Shown here piece by piece: positions 18,975 to 27,821 of a stretch of 64,000 bases of DNA. Below the pieces are notes generated by a model. That model was not told the DNA's origin and made no database searches. It saw only the letters and a program-made list of their open reading frames with translations. Position 1 is the stretch's first letter; each line of letters begins with the position of its first letter. Source of the stretch: Intestinimonas sp. (GTDB taxonomy: Bacteria; Bacillota; Clostridia; Oscillospirales; Oscillospiraceae); contig JALCSB010000001.1 of the NCBI GenBank assembly GCA_022653075.1, positions 128,327-192,326 of the forward strand, given 5' to 3'. Position numbers and translations under genes: made by a program.

Positions 18975-20765
18975 TTAGGCTGTGGGAGAAATAGCGGAGG
19001 CCAAAATTTTATCAGCATCTCCATTGGACTGAGTGCCTTCCTCCATCGAAGGCTGCGACTCAGTGGAAGTGGCCGACGTGGTGATGGGACTATCAGAATT
19101 TTTCCCGTCTACCGTGATGGAGTAGCCATCCAGAATCGCGGCCGGATTTGTCTCATCCGACTGAGGAGCGTGGTCAACAGAGACGGTGTCGCCGGGATTC
19201 ACGACCACCACAATGGGATTGCTGGCAGCGGAAATCGAGTAAAAGACATCTTCGCCATCCAGACGGATAAAGTAATAGGAATTCCCGTCCAGAACAGCGC
19301 TGCGGACCTCAGCCACGGTGCCGGTAACGGCAGTCTCGGGTAATACATCCGGTACGGTGATGTTGTTCTGCGCCAACAGCTTTACATATTCTTGCTCACA
19401 GGTTGCCACGCTGGTTCCAGTGGCCACGATCTGATACTGTGCCACATTTACCATGGCATACATCTTAACCAACTGGGCATTGTCCTTGAGTGCCATAAAA
19501 TAAGTGGGCTCACCAGAGATGTTTAGCAGCAGAGGGAAGGTGGCAGAGTAATTCAGGTGCTGGACCACACCTTTGGCCGAGTCCATGGCGGAGTACTCAG
19601 TGGCACCGGCGCACTGGTAGTATTTAGTCTCTTTGGTCCGCTGATTGGAGAGAAGAAAACCTACGTTGGACTGGTCGTTACCGATAGAGGTGACGCCGGT
19701 ATACATATAGACGTCATCGTTCAACGCAATATAGTTATAGCCTTCGGTGGTGGTGGTCACATCTTTCTGTCCAAATACGGAATTCAGGAAGCCGTGAGCC
19801 AGTTTGCCATGGTAGTTATACTGCTCCGTAATGAGGTCAGCACTGTAAACCCGGTCGACCCAATTTGGAACGTCCTGATAATAAACGCATTCACCGGTTA
19901 CAGCATCCATCAGCACAGCGCCGTCGATGTCAGTGCCGCCAAACAGGCCGATGGTCTTTTTCAGCTTGGGACAGACCCAGTAGGGGTGACCGCTGTCATC
20001 AACTTCAAAGTTGGGTGTGCTGAACATATAGGTGGGATAGCAGAAGCGCAAGTGGCGCATCACGTTTCGATTGAACGGTTCGGAAGGGGAGTACTTCATC
20101 CCATCGTCCAGCCGGACCACTTCTGCCTCTTGCGTGACCATGTCCACAATGATATAAGCGGGCAGACCGTTTGCCCGGTTGTTGAACCATTTAATCAGGT
20201 CGCCGTACTTCAGCGGTGTAACGCGGACAGGGCGGCCCTTATAGTTAATTTGGGTGTAATCGTCGGTGACTTCAAACTGACTGACCATGTCGGACAGTTC
20301 GCCCAGCTTCCGGTCGCCTAGACGCTGAGCGGAATCCTCGTCCAGCATGGGAATTTGATCATAGGAGATCTCATCAACTTCGGCGGCGAAATCGCCGGTT
20401 TCCACGTTAAGCAGGTCACGATAGGACCCTGCGCGGAAAATTGGCAGAGAGATTACCGTACCCACGACGCCTATGATGACCAGCGCAATTAACAAGATAC
20501 CAACGGGGAGACACTGGTTTCGGACGAAATGGAAATACTCCTTGAACCCGCTTCCATAGTCCATGTGAATTCCGGATGTGAACAATGTTACCACAATAAA
20601 TACAAGGCAGAGGAGGAAGATAAACACGTAAAATCTACTGTCTTGAAGGTTAAGAGCCGGCAGAGATACGTAATAGTACCCAGCGCCGACAATTAACGTG
20701 ATCACTAAAGCAAGCAGTACACGCCCGACTTTGCTTTTAGGTCCGCGGTTTTTATTATCATCCAT
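18975..20765 (-). CDS. membrane-anchored extracellular protein, unknown function
   Basis: N-terminal basic segment plus about three TM helices, a large extracytoplasmic domain and a Ser/Thr-rich C-terminal tail. No motif recognised. Confidence 0.6.
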   Translation of the reverse strand: MDDNKNRGPKSKVGRVLLALVITLIVGAGYYYVSLPALNLQDSRFYVFIFLLCLVFIVVTLFTSGIHMDYGSGFKEYFHFVRNQCLPVGILLIALVIIGVVGTVISLPIFRAGSYRDLLNVETGDFAAEVDEISYDQIPMLDEDSAQRLGDRKLGELSDMVSQFEVTDDYTQINYKGRPVRVTPLKYGDLIKWFNNRANGLPAYIIVDMVTQEAEVVRLDDGMKYSPSEPFNRNVMRHLRFCYPTYMFSTPNFEVDDSGHPYWVCPKLKKTIGLFGGTDIDGAVLMDAVTGECVYYQDVPNWVDRVYSADLITEQYNYHGKLAHGFLNSVFGQKDVTTTTEGYNYIALNDDVYMYTGVTSIGNDQSNVGFLLSNQRTKETKYYQCAGATEYSAMDSAKGVVQHLNYSATFPLLLNISGEPTYFMALKDNAQLVKMYAMVNVAQYQIVATGTSVATCEQEYVKLLAQNNITVPDVLPETAVTGTVAEVRSAVLDGNSYYFIRLDGEDVFYSISAASNPIVVVVNPGDTVSVDHAPQSDETNPAAILDGYSITVDGKNSDSPITTSATSTESQPSMEEGTQSNGDADKILASAISPTA

Positions 20766-20878
20766 GAGGACTCTCCTTTACGAAACAGAAATCAGACTGC
20801 GGCTGGTTTATGAGGAAACCAGCCTTCTTTTTCTATTATAACAGAATAAGTATAAAACAAAGCAGAAAATAAAAATAA

Positions 20879-21460
20879 TCAGAGTGCGGCAACTTCCGCC
20901 TCTACGGTGGATTCCGTCTCCTGCATGGCGTGAAGGGTTAATTCCAGCAGATGATCCAAATCCCATCCGAGTAGTTCCGCGCCCTGACGGATTACGTCCC
21001 GAGAGCAGCCCGCAGCGAACTTTTTGTCCTTGAATTTCTTTTTGAGAGACTTTAGCTCCATGTCGGTACAGCTTTTGGAAGGACGCATCAAAGCGGCCGC
21101 ACCGATCAGCCCGGTCAGTTCATCGGCGGCAAACAGGACCTTTTCCATTTCATGTTCCGGCTTTATGTCACAGACAAGTCCCCAGCCATGACTGGCGGTG
21201 GCGTGGATCAGATCTTCGCTGGCACCCGCCTGACGCATCAGCTCCTGTGATTTTACGCAATGTTCCTCCGGCCATTGTTCAAAGTCCAGATCATGCAGCA
21301 GCCCGACAACAGCCCAAAATGCCGCTTGGTTTTCGTAGCCTAATTTACGGGCAAACCAGTCCATGACAGCCTCCACCGTTAGCGCGTGGCGCAGATGAAA
21401 AGCATCCTTGTTATACTGCCGCAGCAATTTCCAAGCCTGCTCACGGGAAAATTCAGCCAT
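20879..21460 (-). CDS. HD-domain phosphohydrolase family protein
   Basis: LRHALTVE...GLLHDLDFE (H...HD signature). The ATG at 21460 is preceded by GGAGGAACC. Confidence 0.75.
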   Translation of the reverse strand: MAEFSREQAWKLLRQYNKDAFHLRHALTVEAVMDWFARKLGYENQAAFWAVVGLLHDLDFEQWPEEHCVKSQELMRQAGASEDLIHATASHGWGLVCDIKPEHEMEKVLFAADELTGLIGAAALMRPSKSCTDMELKSLKKKFKDKKFAAGCSRDVIRQGAELLGWDLDHLLELTLHAMQETESTVEAEVAAL

Positions 21461-21563
21461 ACGGGGTTCCTCCTTAATGTGTAAATCAATCGACATCGTA
21501 TGTATATATATCACATACCCGGTATAAATTCAACATTTCCGTTATTTTATTTTAAATTTCCCC

Positions 21564-21591
21564 TTGACGAAAGCAAAAAAAATGGTATAAT
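21564..21591 (+). promoter_or_regulatory. promoter of tRNA-Ser (TTGACG - 16 nt - TGgTATAAT)
   Basis: TTGACG at 21564..21569 and an extended -10 TGGTATAAT ending at 21591, about 60 nt upstream of the tRNA. Confidence 0.6.
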
Positions 21592-21650
21592 AAGCAACGT
21601 CGTCTGAGCGAACAAAAGGCATTATGTGCTTGTTATTTGAGCAGCGCCAT

Positions 21651-21742
21651 GGAGAGATGGCTGAGCTGGTCGAAGGCGCACGATTGGAAATCGTGTAACG
21701 GTTAATACCCGTTCGAGGGTTCGAATCCCTCTCTCTCCGCCA
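21651..21742 (+). tRNA. tRNA-Ser (anticodon GGA), CCA encoded
   Basis: GGAGAGA acceptor stem pairs with TCTCTCC. Anticodon arm is CGATTGGAAATCG, with a long variable arm (GTAACGGTTAATACCCGTTC), a T-arm GGGTTCGAATCCC and a 3' GCCA. Confidence 0.9.
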
Positions 21743-21798
21743 TGTCATTTGCCCAAAATAGATACATGGCCGAAAAAGCCAGTGTTTATGCGGGCTTC

Positions 21799-21837
21799 GG
21801 GGGTTTTGAATGGACAAATTCAAAACCCCCGATTTTC
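21799..21837 (+). terminator. terminator hairpin downstream of tRNA-Ser
   Basis: Perfect 13-bp stem GGGGGTTTTGAAT / ATTCAAAACCCCC followed by GATTTTC. Confidence 0.7.
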
Positions 21838-22047
21838 ATAGATGCAGCCCTCTTTTTGGTGCTGCTAATGAAAAAACGAATCAGAAGCCGCGCCTTAAAA
21901 AGGGTACGGCTTCTTTTTCATAGATCCAAAATTAAATAAAGGTCCCATGCCGGGTGACATTCTGAGCGGTTGTGTTCTTCGTAACGGAAAACACAGCCGC
22001 TTTTTTTGTTGCCCATTTTTAAGTTGAAACGAAATGGAGGAACGCAT

Positions 22048-22569
22048 ATGAAACAGGATGATTTAAAAACGCTTCGCTTATTCAGTCCCCTCTACCCCCA
22101 TATTTACAGGCGGGACGAATACGGCGATCCGGAAGATATGCCGGAGGATCTCACTGCGGAAGAAGCCCGCGATTACGAGAGAGAAATTCTCGCGCTCATC
22201 AGCCGGGAGCGCCTTCCCGATGAAGGCGATCGTGGGCTTGCCGTCTATCTGAGCGATGACGCGTTGAAACGCAAAGTTTACAGCATGAAGCCAACGGTTG
22301 AGGAATGGGATGGCAAACTTTGGAGCGTGCTGGAAGTGCAGACGCACGGAAATCTATCCCCATCCGAATTGGAGACGCTAAAATCCGAATGGTGCGGACA
22401 GGAATCCGATGGGTGGGGCGAAGGGCTGGAGCAGAGGCCGATCCGCACATCGGAGGGCGAGCTGTACGTCAGCTTTTGGAGCAGCAACAGCGATTTCTTT
22501 ATTAAGACCAAGGAAGAACTGAAAAGCGCCCCGGAACAGCGCTGGGGCCTGCGGATGGGAGGAATGTGA
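22048..22569 (+). CDS. hypothetical ICE accessory protein
   Basis: GGAGGA RBS precedes the ATG at 22048. Acidic protein with no recognised motif. Confidence 0.55.
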   Translation: MKQDDLKTLRLFSPLYPHIYRRDEYGDPEDMPEDLTAEEARDYEREILALISRERLPDEGDRGLAVYLSDDALKRKVYSMKPTVEEWDGKLWSVLEVQTHGNLSPSELETLKSEWCGQESDGWGEGLEQRPIRTSEGELYVSFWSSNSDFFIKTKEELKSAPEQRWGLRMGGM

Positions 22570-22570
22570 G

Positions 22571-23152
22571 ATGCCGAATCATGTTGCCAACATTCTCATT
22601 GCTCATGGCGATGAGAAGAAGGTCAGGGCCATGTTTGAAGCGGTTAAAAACGATAAGATCGGGGTCGGCAGTCTGGACTTCAATAAGATCATCCCCATGC
22701 CGGAGAATATCTTCCGGGGAAATCTCGGCACGGAGGAATTCGCACTGTACGGGAAAAACAACTGGTACGATTGGAGCGTCGCCCATTGGGGAACGAAATG
22801 GAACAGCTACGGCTACAGCGAGAATACGTCAAAGGAGTTTGACGGCAGCCGGATCGAGTTCGACACCGCGTGGAGCAGCGCGGCTCCCGTTATTGAAAAG
22901 CTCTCTTCCCTTTATCCGGAGATTTCCTTCGAGTATCAATGGGCAGACGAAAACCTCGGGTACAATACCGAAAAAAAAGAATACGAACACGGTAAGGAAA
23001 CCTTCTCCTTTGTCCCGCAGGGCGGCTCTTCCGAAGCTTTGGAGCTGGCCGCGAAAATTCACGGGATCGATCTGCAGGACGAAGGGTATCTCTACAATGA
23101 AAAGACAGGCGAATACGAATATCAGGAGCTGCCCTCCATGCAACTGACATGA
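22571..23152 (+). CDS. DUF1281 / Api92-like ferredoxin-like domain protein
   Basis: N-terminus MPNHVANILIAHG and NWYDWSVAHWGTKWN resemble the plasmid/ICE-borne DUF1281 family. Confidence 0.5.
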   Translation: MPNHVANILIAHGDEKKVRAMFEAVKNDKIGVGSLDFNKIIPMPENIFRGNLGTEEFALYGKNNWYDWSVAHWGTKWNSYGYSENTSKEFDGSRIEFDTAWSSAAPVIEKLSSLYPEISFEYQWADENLGYNTEKKEYEHGKETFSFVPQGGSSEALELAAKIHGIDLQDEGYLYNEKTGEYEYQELPSMQLT

Positions 23153-23190
23153 CGCGCGGCCCCTGCTTTTTACAAAGGGGGTGGTGATAT

Positions 23191-24168
23191 ATCAACAGCT
23201 TCATCAGTTGGATCGGCGGCAAAAAAGCGCTGCGAAAAGTTATTTACCGGTTTTTCCCCAAGGATTACGGCAGATACATTGAGGTATTCGGCGGTGGCGG
23301 TTGGGTTTTGTTCGGCAGAAAACCAAAGCGCGGAACAATGGAAGTCTACAACGATTTTAATTCCAATCTGACCAATCTTTTCTGCTGCTTGAAAAACCGC
23401 ACATGGGAATTTCTCCGATACCTTGGCTTCCTTCCCCTCAATTCAAGGGACGAGTTCCGCGTCCTGCGCAAATTCATCGAAAAGGAAGAATTCACACAGG
23501 AGTATCTCTCGGAAGAATTGGAGCTGGCTCAGCACAATCTGTCCCCTCCGGAATTTGAGGATATGAGGGAGCTGATGCTGGAAAACGCGAAAAAAAGCGA
23601 CGTGCGCCGCGCCGCCGCCTTTTACAAGCTCATCCGGTACAGTTACGGCAGCGGCTGCACATCCTACAGCTGTCAGCCGTGCGACATCCGGAAAACCTTC
23701 TTCCTCATATGGAAGGCTTCCCGCAGACTTGCGGACACGGTGGTGGAGAATAAAGACTTTGAGGCATTGATCCGGCAGTACGACCGGGACAATGCCTTTT
23801 TTTATTGCGATCCGCCCTATTACGAAACCGAGGGGCATTACGCGGTGGTATTCCGCAAGTCCGACCACGTGCGGCTCCGGGATACGCTGAAAAGCTGCCG
23901 GGGCAAGTGGATGGTATCCTACAACGACTGCGAGTACATCCGGAATCTCTACGCGGGATTCTATATTCTGTCCGTCACCCGCCTGAACAACCTTGCGCAG
24001 CGGTACGACGGCGGCTGTGAATATCCGGAAGTGATCATTACCAACTACGATCCCCGTGAGTGTCGGAATTCCGAGCCGATGCAGCTCAATCTTTTTAATT
24101 ATGAGAATGGAGATGATGAGGACGAATGGTATCGAGCGGATGAGATGGGCCAAAGACCTGATCTTTGA
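23191..24168 (+). CDS. Dam-family N6-adenine DNA methyltransferase (orphan), apparent ATC start
   Basis: DPPY catalytic motif (FFYCDPPYYETEG). The SAM-binding N-terminus INSFISWIGGKKAL...IEVFGGGGWVLF lies upstream of the first canonical start (TTG at 23308). The frame opens after the TGA at 23185..23187. Confidence 0.8.
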   Translation: MNSFISWIGGKKALRKVIYRFFPKDYGRYIEVFGGGGWVLFGRKPKRGTMEVYNDFNSNLTNLFCCLKNRTWEFLRYLGFLPLNSRDEFRVLRKFIEKEEFTQEYLSEELELAQHNLSPPEFEDMRELMLENAKKSDVRRAAAFYKLIRYSYGSGCTSYSCQPCDIRKTFFLIWKASRRLADTVVENKDFEALIRQYDRDNAFFYCDPPYYETEGHYAVVFRKSDHVRLRDTLKSCRGKWMVSYNDCEYIRNLYAGFYILSVTRLNNLAQRYDGGCEYPEVIITNYDPRECRNSEPMQLNLFNYENGDDEDEWYRADEMGQRPDL

Positions 24169-24526
24169 AAAGACAGGCGGCCTGCAGGAGATAGCCGTCG
24201 GCAGCCTGCACGGCGAGCCGTATATCCGCACTTCGGACAAGGCAACGGTCGGGTTGTATCTTTCCGTACCGCCCAACCGCGAAACCGGGCGGTATGACTG
24301 CCTGTTTAAAGGCTATCTTCGCACCTGCGGCGGCTACAACACAGCCGAACAAATGCAGGCACTTGCCGACGAGATGCAGAGTATCGCCAATCTGTTGAAC
24401 CAGCTTGAATCAGCAAAGATTTCGCTGACAGAAGATGAGCTGAACTCTTCCGCCGGAGAGCTGAAATCGGCAGAAGAACAACAAACACCCGCCCTGCAAA
24501 CGGGGCAAAAGGAGAAATTTATATGA
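24101..24526 (+). CDS. hypothetical protein
   Basis: ORF overlaps the end of the methylase gene. The start is uncertain (several in-frame ATGs between 24101 and 24140). Confidence 0.45.
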   Translation: MRMEMMRTNGIERMRWAKDLIFEKTGGLQEIAVGSLHGEPYIRTSDKATVGLYLSVPPNRETGRYDCLFKGYLRTCGGYNTAEQMQALADEMQSIANLLNQLESAKISLTEDELNSSAGELKSAEEQQTPALQTGQKEKFI

Positions 24527-24771
24527 AAATGAATGGTGCAGGCCCCTGCGAGCTTGACGATCTCGTTCTCCCGCGCTGCCTTCTGGAAGCGTCAGAGCTG
24601 GACGGAACCTGCGATCTGAAAATCCAGTGCGTTCCCGGAGCAATCATCATTGCCGCAGGCGATATGCCGGACGGCGTTCCCGAACCGCTGGCGGCTCTGT
24701 TCCGCGAGTTGGGGATCGGCGGCGCTGCCGTCCGGAGCGTTCTGTCGGAAGGAGGACCGCAAAATGAGTAA
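24523..24771 (+). CDS. hypothetical protein
   Basis: Start overlaps the upstream stop (ATGA coupling). No motif recognised. Confidence 0.45.
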   Translation: MKMNGAGPCELDDLVLPRCLLEASELDGTCDLKIQCVPGAIIIAAGDMPDGVPEPLAALFRELGIGGAAVRSVLSEGGPQNE

Positions 24772-25051
24772 TGGTAAACCCATGTACAAGCTGATCGATG
24801 GGAAAGGCCGCGTCCTGATTCCCAAAGAACTGCGTTCAGCCGCAGGCATGGATTACGGCGACATCGTGCGCCTTGGCGTTACGAACGGCAGAGTCAGTAT
24901 CCGAAAAATAGACATCATCGAAGTGGGAGATCAGTCTCCGGATGCGGTGGAAGCCTATGTCAGGGCGGCGTTTAAAACCATGCCGGACGATACCCGTCTG
25001 AGCCTTATCACCGATCTGACTGAGCTGCTGCGCCAGAAAAAGGAGGTGTGA
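24764..25051 (+). CDS. AbrB/MazE/SpoVT-type DNA-binding protein
   Basis: MSNGKPMYKLIDGKGRVLIPKELRSAAGMDYGDIV has the swapped-hairpin barrel signature (GRVxIPKELR). Confidence 0.7.
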   Translation: MSNGKPMYKLIDGKGRVLIPKELRSAAGMDYGDIVRLGVTNGRVSIRKIDIIEVGDQSPDAVEAYVRAAFKTMPDDTRLSLITDLTELLRQKKEV

Positions 25052-25054
25052 GCT

Positions 25055-25624
25055 TTGGAAGAAAAAGAGCGGTACAACGAAAACGACTGTGTGGAAACCG
25101 GTCTTTCCCGCTCCATCAGAGGTAAAGTCGTAGCTTTGAACCGTGAGGCGCTGCCGCCGCGCAGCCAAAATCAACTATATTACTGCCTCTGCGGGAATGG
25201 GGCCGGGGTCAATCCCACAGGCCGCGCTGTGTTCCTGGTATCCCTGCGTACCGGCGAATTTTCCCTGAAAAACCGCAATGAGGTTGTCGGCGTGCTGAAG
25301 CCAGAGCTACTGCCGGATCAGGCAAAACTTCAGCTTTCCCAAATCAGGCCGTTGGGAGCGCTGGATTTGAAGAATCATGAACCGAAGTACAGCGGCTACA
25401 GCTTTCTGCCGGATGGCCGATACGCGTCCGGTGTCTGGTTGTGCAGCGAACAGGAGGCGCTGGATTATGTGGAAGTGCAGAGGCCCTACCAGCATCGCAT
25501 CATGATCTGCGACCGGGAGGACTTCTGTGTGCTGGAAATGGAAAGCGGCAAGCTCCTGCACCCTTCTCAAAAAGAGCTGGAAACCTTCCGCAGTCCGCAG
25601 GACGGAGGAATGAATATGACTTGA
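25055..25624 (+). CDS. hypothetical ICE protein
   Basis: TTG start lies 8-10 nt after AAGGAGGTG. No motif recognised. Confidence 0.5.
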   Translation: MEEKERYNENDCVETGLSRSIRGKVVALNREALPPRSQNQLYYCLCGNGAGVNPTGRAVFLVSLRTGEFSLKNRNEVVGVLKPELLPDQAKLQLSQIRPLGALDLKNHEPKYSGYSFLPDGRYASGVWLCSEQEALDYVEVQRPYQHRIMICDREDFCVLEMESGKLLHPSQKELETFRSPQDGGMNMT

Positions 25625-25640
25625 GAGAGGAGGACGCGAT

Positions 25641-26189
25641 ATGCGCGGGATTCGAATGGAGAAGGACACGATCCTGTATTATGGGAATGCCGCAGGATAC
25701 GTTTCAAATGGCAAAGCCGTGGTCGATCCATTGTTTCAATCGAAAGAACTGCAGAATTTTCTCGACCGTCAGAAGGATGTGATCGAGGTGAAATGGGTAA
25801 ACGGTACCTTCGACCGTCTCATGAATGGGCAGCGGGATAACCGGGAAATCACTCCGCTGAAAAATGTTCGTATTTGGCAGCTCAAACCGGATGTGGATAT
25901 CCGGATGAAATTTATCGGCTACGACGAACTGCTGGAACACTTCGGCGAGCCGATTCCTGAAAATTATCAGGCAGCGTATGACGGGACTTTGAACACCAAT
26001 GATCTGGAAGAAATCTACGCCAAATTTAATGTGGAGCACCCGGAAGGATTCACCGGGCATTCCCTATCCATGTCGGATGTGGTGGAGCTTTACGACGAGG
26101 CCGAGAGCGAGTTTCACTATGTCGATCGCTTCGGCTTCAAACAGATCGGCTTCCAGCCTCCCGCCCAAACGCAGACCATGCGGCTATAA
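25641..26189 (+). CDS. YodL-like domain protein
   Basis: IWQLKPD...MKFIGYDEL...LEEIYAKFNVEHPEGFTGHSLSMSDVVELYD...HYVDRFGF matches the YodL pattern common in Firmicutes conjugative elements. Confidence 0.7.
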   Translation: MRGIRMEKDTILYYGNAAGYVSNGKAVVDPLFQSKELQNFLDRQKDVIEVKWVNGTFDRLMNGQRDNREITPLKNVRIWQLKPDVDIRMKFIGYDELLEHFGEPIPENYQAAYDGTLNTNDLEEIYAKFNVEHPEGFTGHSLSMSDVVELYDEAESEFHYVDRFGFKQIGFQPPAQTQTMRL

Positions 26190-26262
26190 CCCAAGTTTCA
26201 CCGACAGCGCGGGCTGTCTTTTTTTGTACCCATTAAACAAAATTAACGGAGGTTAAACGAAT

Positions 26263-26493
26263 ATGAAAAAGAGATTTCAGAAGGCTCAAAAGGCCCTTGT
26301 TGTCAAAATAATGACTGCCAAAGCCGCCCTTGCGGACCGTCGCGGCGAAGGCTTCATTGATACGGCCATTAAAATTTTGATGGCCGTGGTTATCGGTGCG
26401 CTCATCTTGGCGGGATTGTATGCCCTGTTCGGCGATACGATCCTGCCCACCCTGACGCAGCGCATCAAAGAAATGTTCAACTATGCGGGCTAA
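26263..26493 (+). CDS. Flp/Tad-type prepilin (major pilin candidate)
   Basis: 76 aa with a basic leader ending RRG, followed by EGFIDTAIKILMAVVIGALILAGL (hydrophobic helix). Lies directly upstream of an A24 prepilin peptidase gene. Confidence 0.65.
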   Translation: MKKRFQKAQKALVVKIMTAKAALADRRGEGFIDTAIKILMAVVIGALILAGLYALFGDTILPTLTQRIKEMFNYAG

Positions 26494-26989
26494 TTGCATG
26501 AGCTTTAGTAATTTTCCGGTGCCGCCGGTCCATGTACCGATTCCGCCGCCCGAAACCGTATTGCAAACGCTGCCGTGTGTACAGGCGGCGCTTTTTATTG
26601 TCTTTCTCGCCGCAGTGTCGGCACGGGATATCAAGACCCGGATAATTCCCGACTGGCTGCCCCTTTGCGTTACCCTGACGTCACTGCTGGATTTTCATCT
26701 GATAAACCTGTGGGGTGTCCTTGTCGGCCTGCTGTTCCTCCTTGTCAGCGTGCTGCTCGGAGGAATCGGCGGCGGGGACGTCAAGCTGATGCTGGCCGCC
26801 GGTCTGGTGCTTGGACTGCCCGGTGCCGCCGCAGCCGCCGTCATGGGGCTTGCGGCGATGGTGCTGTATTATCTCGTCAGCAAAATGGCTGCCCGTCTAC
26901 GCGGGAGGGAGGCTTCCAAGCGCCTTCCCCTCGCGCCTTTTCTGTCGGTCGGCTGTATCGCCGCCTATTTCATGACAAGGGAGGACTGA
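26483..26989 (+). CDS. A24-family prepilin peptidase (TadV/CpaA-like)
   Basis: Two catalytic Asp contexts, ARDIKTRIIPD and GGGDVKLM, in a polytopic membrane protein. Confidence 0.8.
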   Translation: MRANCMSFSNFPVPPVHVPIPPPETVLQTLPCVQAALFIVFLAAVSARDIKTRIIPDWLPLCVTLTSLLDFHLINLWGVLVGLLFLLVSVLLGGIGGGDVKLMLAAGLVLGLPGAAAAAVMGLAAMVLYYLVSKMAARLRGREASKRLPLAPFLSVGCIAAYFMTRED

Positions 26990-26993
26990 TTAT

Positions 26994-27821
26994 ATGAGCT
27001 TTTTCAAAAACAGAACCGTCATTGGTGTGATCTGCATTGTGCTTTCTCTGCTGATCTGCTTCGCGGTCACACCGCTTTTTAACGCGGAAATATCCCAGAA
27101 AACCAGCATTGTGCGCGTCGCCAAAGACATCAAGGCCGGGGATCAAATCACCAAGGACATGGTGCAGAGCGTTGAGGTGGGCGGCTACAATCTGCCGGAA
27201 AACGTGCTGAAAAGCAAAGACAGCGTCATTGGAAAATATGCCGCCGCAGATCTTTCCGTCGGGGACTATTTACTTCCCTCTAAGCTGTCCGATACGCCAT
27301 CTGCTGAGAACGCCTATCTCTACAGCCTGACCGGGGAAAAGCAGGCCATCTCCATTTCGGTAAAGACCTTTGCGGACGGGCTTTCCGGCAAGCTGATGGC
27401 CGGGGACATCGTCTCGGTGATCGCCCCGGATTACAAAAAGCAGGGCGCGACCGTCATCCCTTCGGAGCTGCAATATGTGGAGGTTATCGCCGTTACCGCA
27501 AGCACAGGCTATGACACGGATACGGAAACCAGCGATGAAAACTCGTCCGGGCAATCGTCGGATGATGAAAAGAGCCTGCCAAGCACGGTCACGCTTCTGG
27601 CCACTCTGGAGCAGAGCAAAATTCTCGCCATGCTGGAAGCGGACGGCACGATGCACCTGTCCCTCGTCTATCGCGGCGATAAGGAGAATGCCGACGAGTT
27701 TCTCGAGGCGCAGGACGACGCGCTGGCCAAGCTGTACCCGGAAGAATCCACAGGAGAAAAAACGGAAAGCGAGGCTTCTTCGGATACCGGCTCTTCCGCT
27801 ACGGGGCAGGGGGCCGATTAA
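26994..27821 (+). CDS. Flp pilus assembly protein CpaB/RcpC-like (SAF domain)
   Basis: N-terminal TM anchor, SAF-like segment (VRVAKDIKAGDQITKDMV) and CpaB-type beta domain, with an acidic Ser/Thr-rich tail. Confidence 0.7.
   Translation: MSFFKNRTVIGVICIVLSLLICFAVTPLFNAEISQKTSIVRVAKDIKAGDQITKDMVQSVEVGGYNLPENVLKSKDSVIGKYAAADLSVGDYLLPSKLSDTPSAENAYLYSLTGEKQAISISVKTFADGLSGKLMAGDIVSVIAPDYKKQGATVIPSELQYVEVIAVTASTGYDTDTETSDENSSGQSSDDEKSLPSTVTLLATLEQSKILAMLEADGTMHLSLVYRGDKENADEFLEAQDDALAKLYPEESTGEKTESEASSDTGSSATGQGAD

Noticed and set aside
19557-20321. ORF 19557..20321 (+, 254 aa)
   Set aside because: It is antisense to the 596-aa membrane protein gene, has no RBS, and has a Val/Gly-rich shadow composition.
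21542-21939. ORFs 21542..21823 (-) and 21742..21939 (+)
   Set aside because: They overlap the tRNA-Ser gene, its promoter and its terminator hairpins, so they are not coding.
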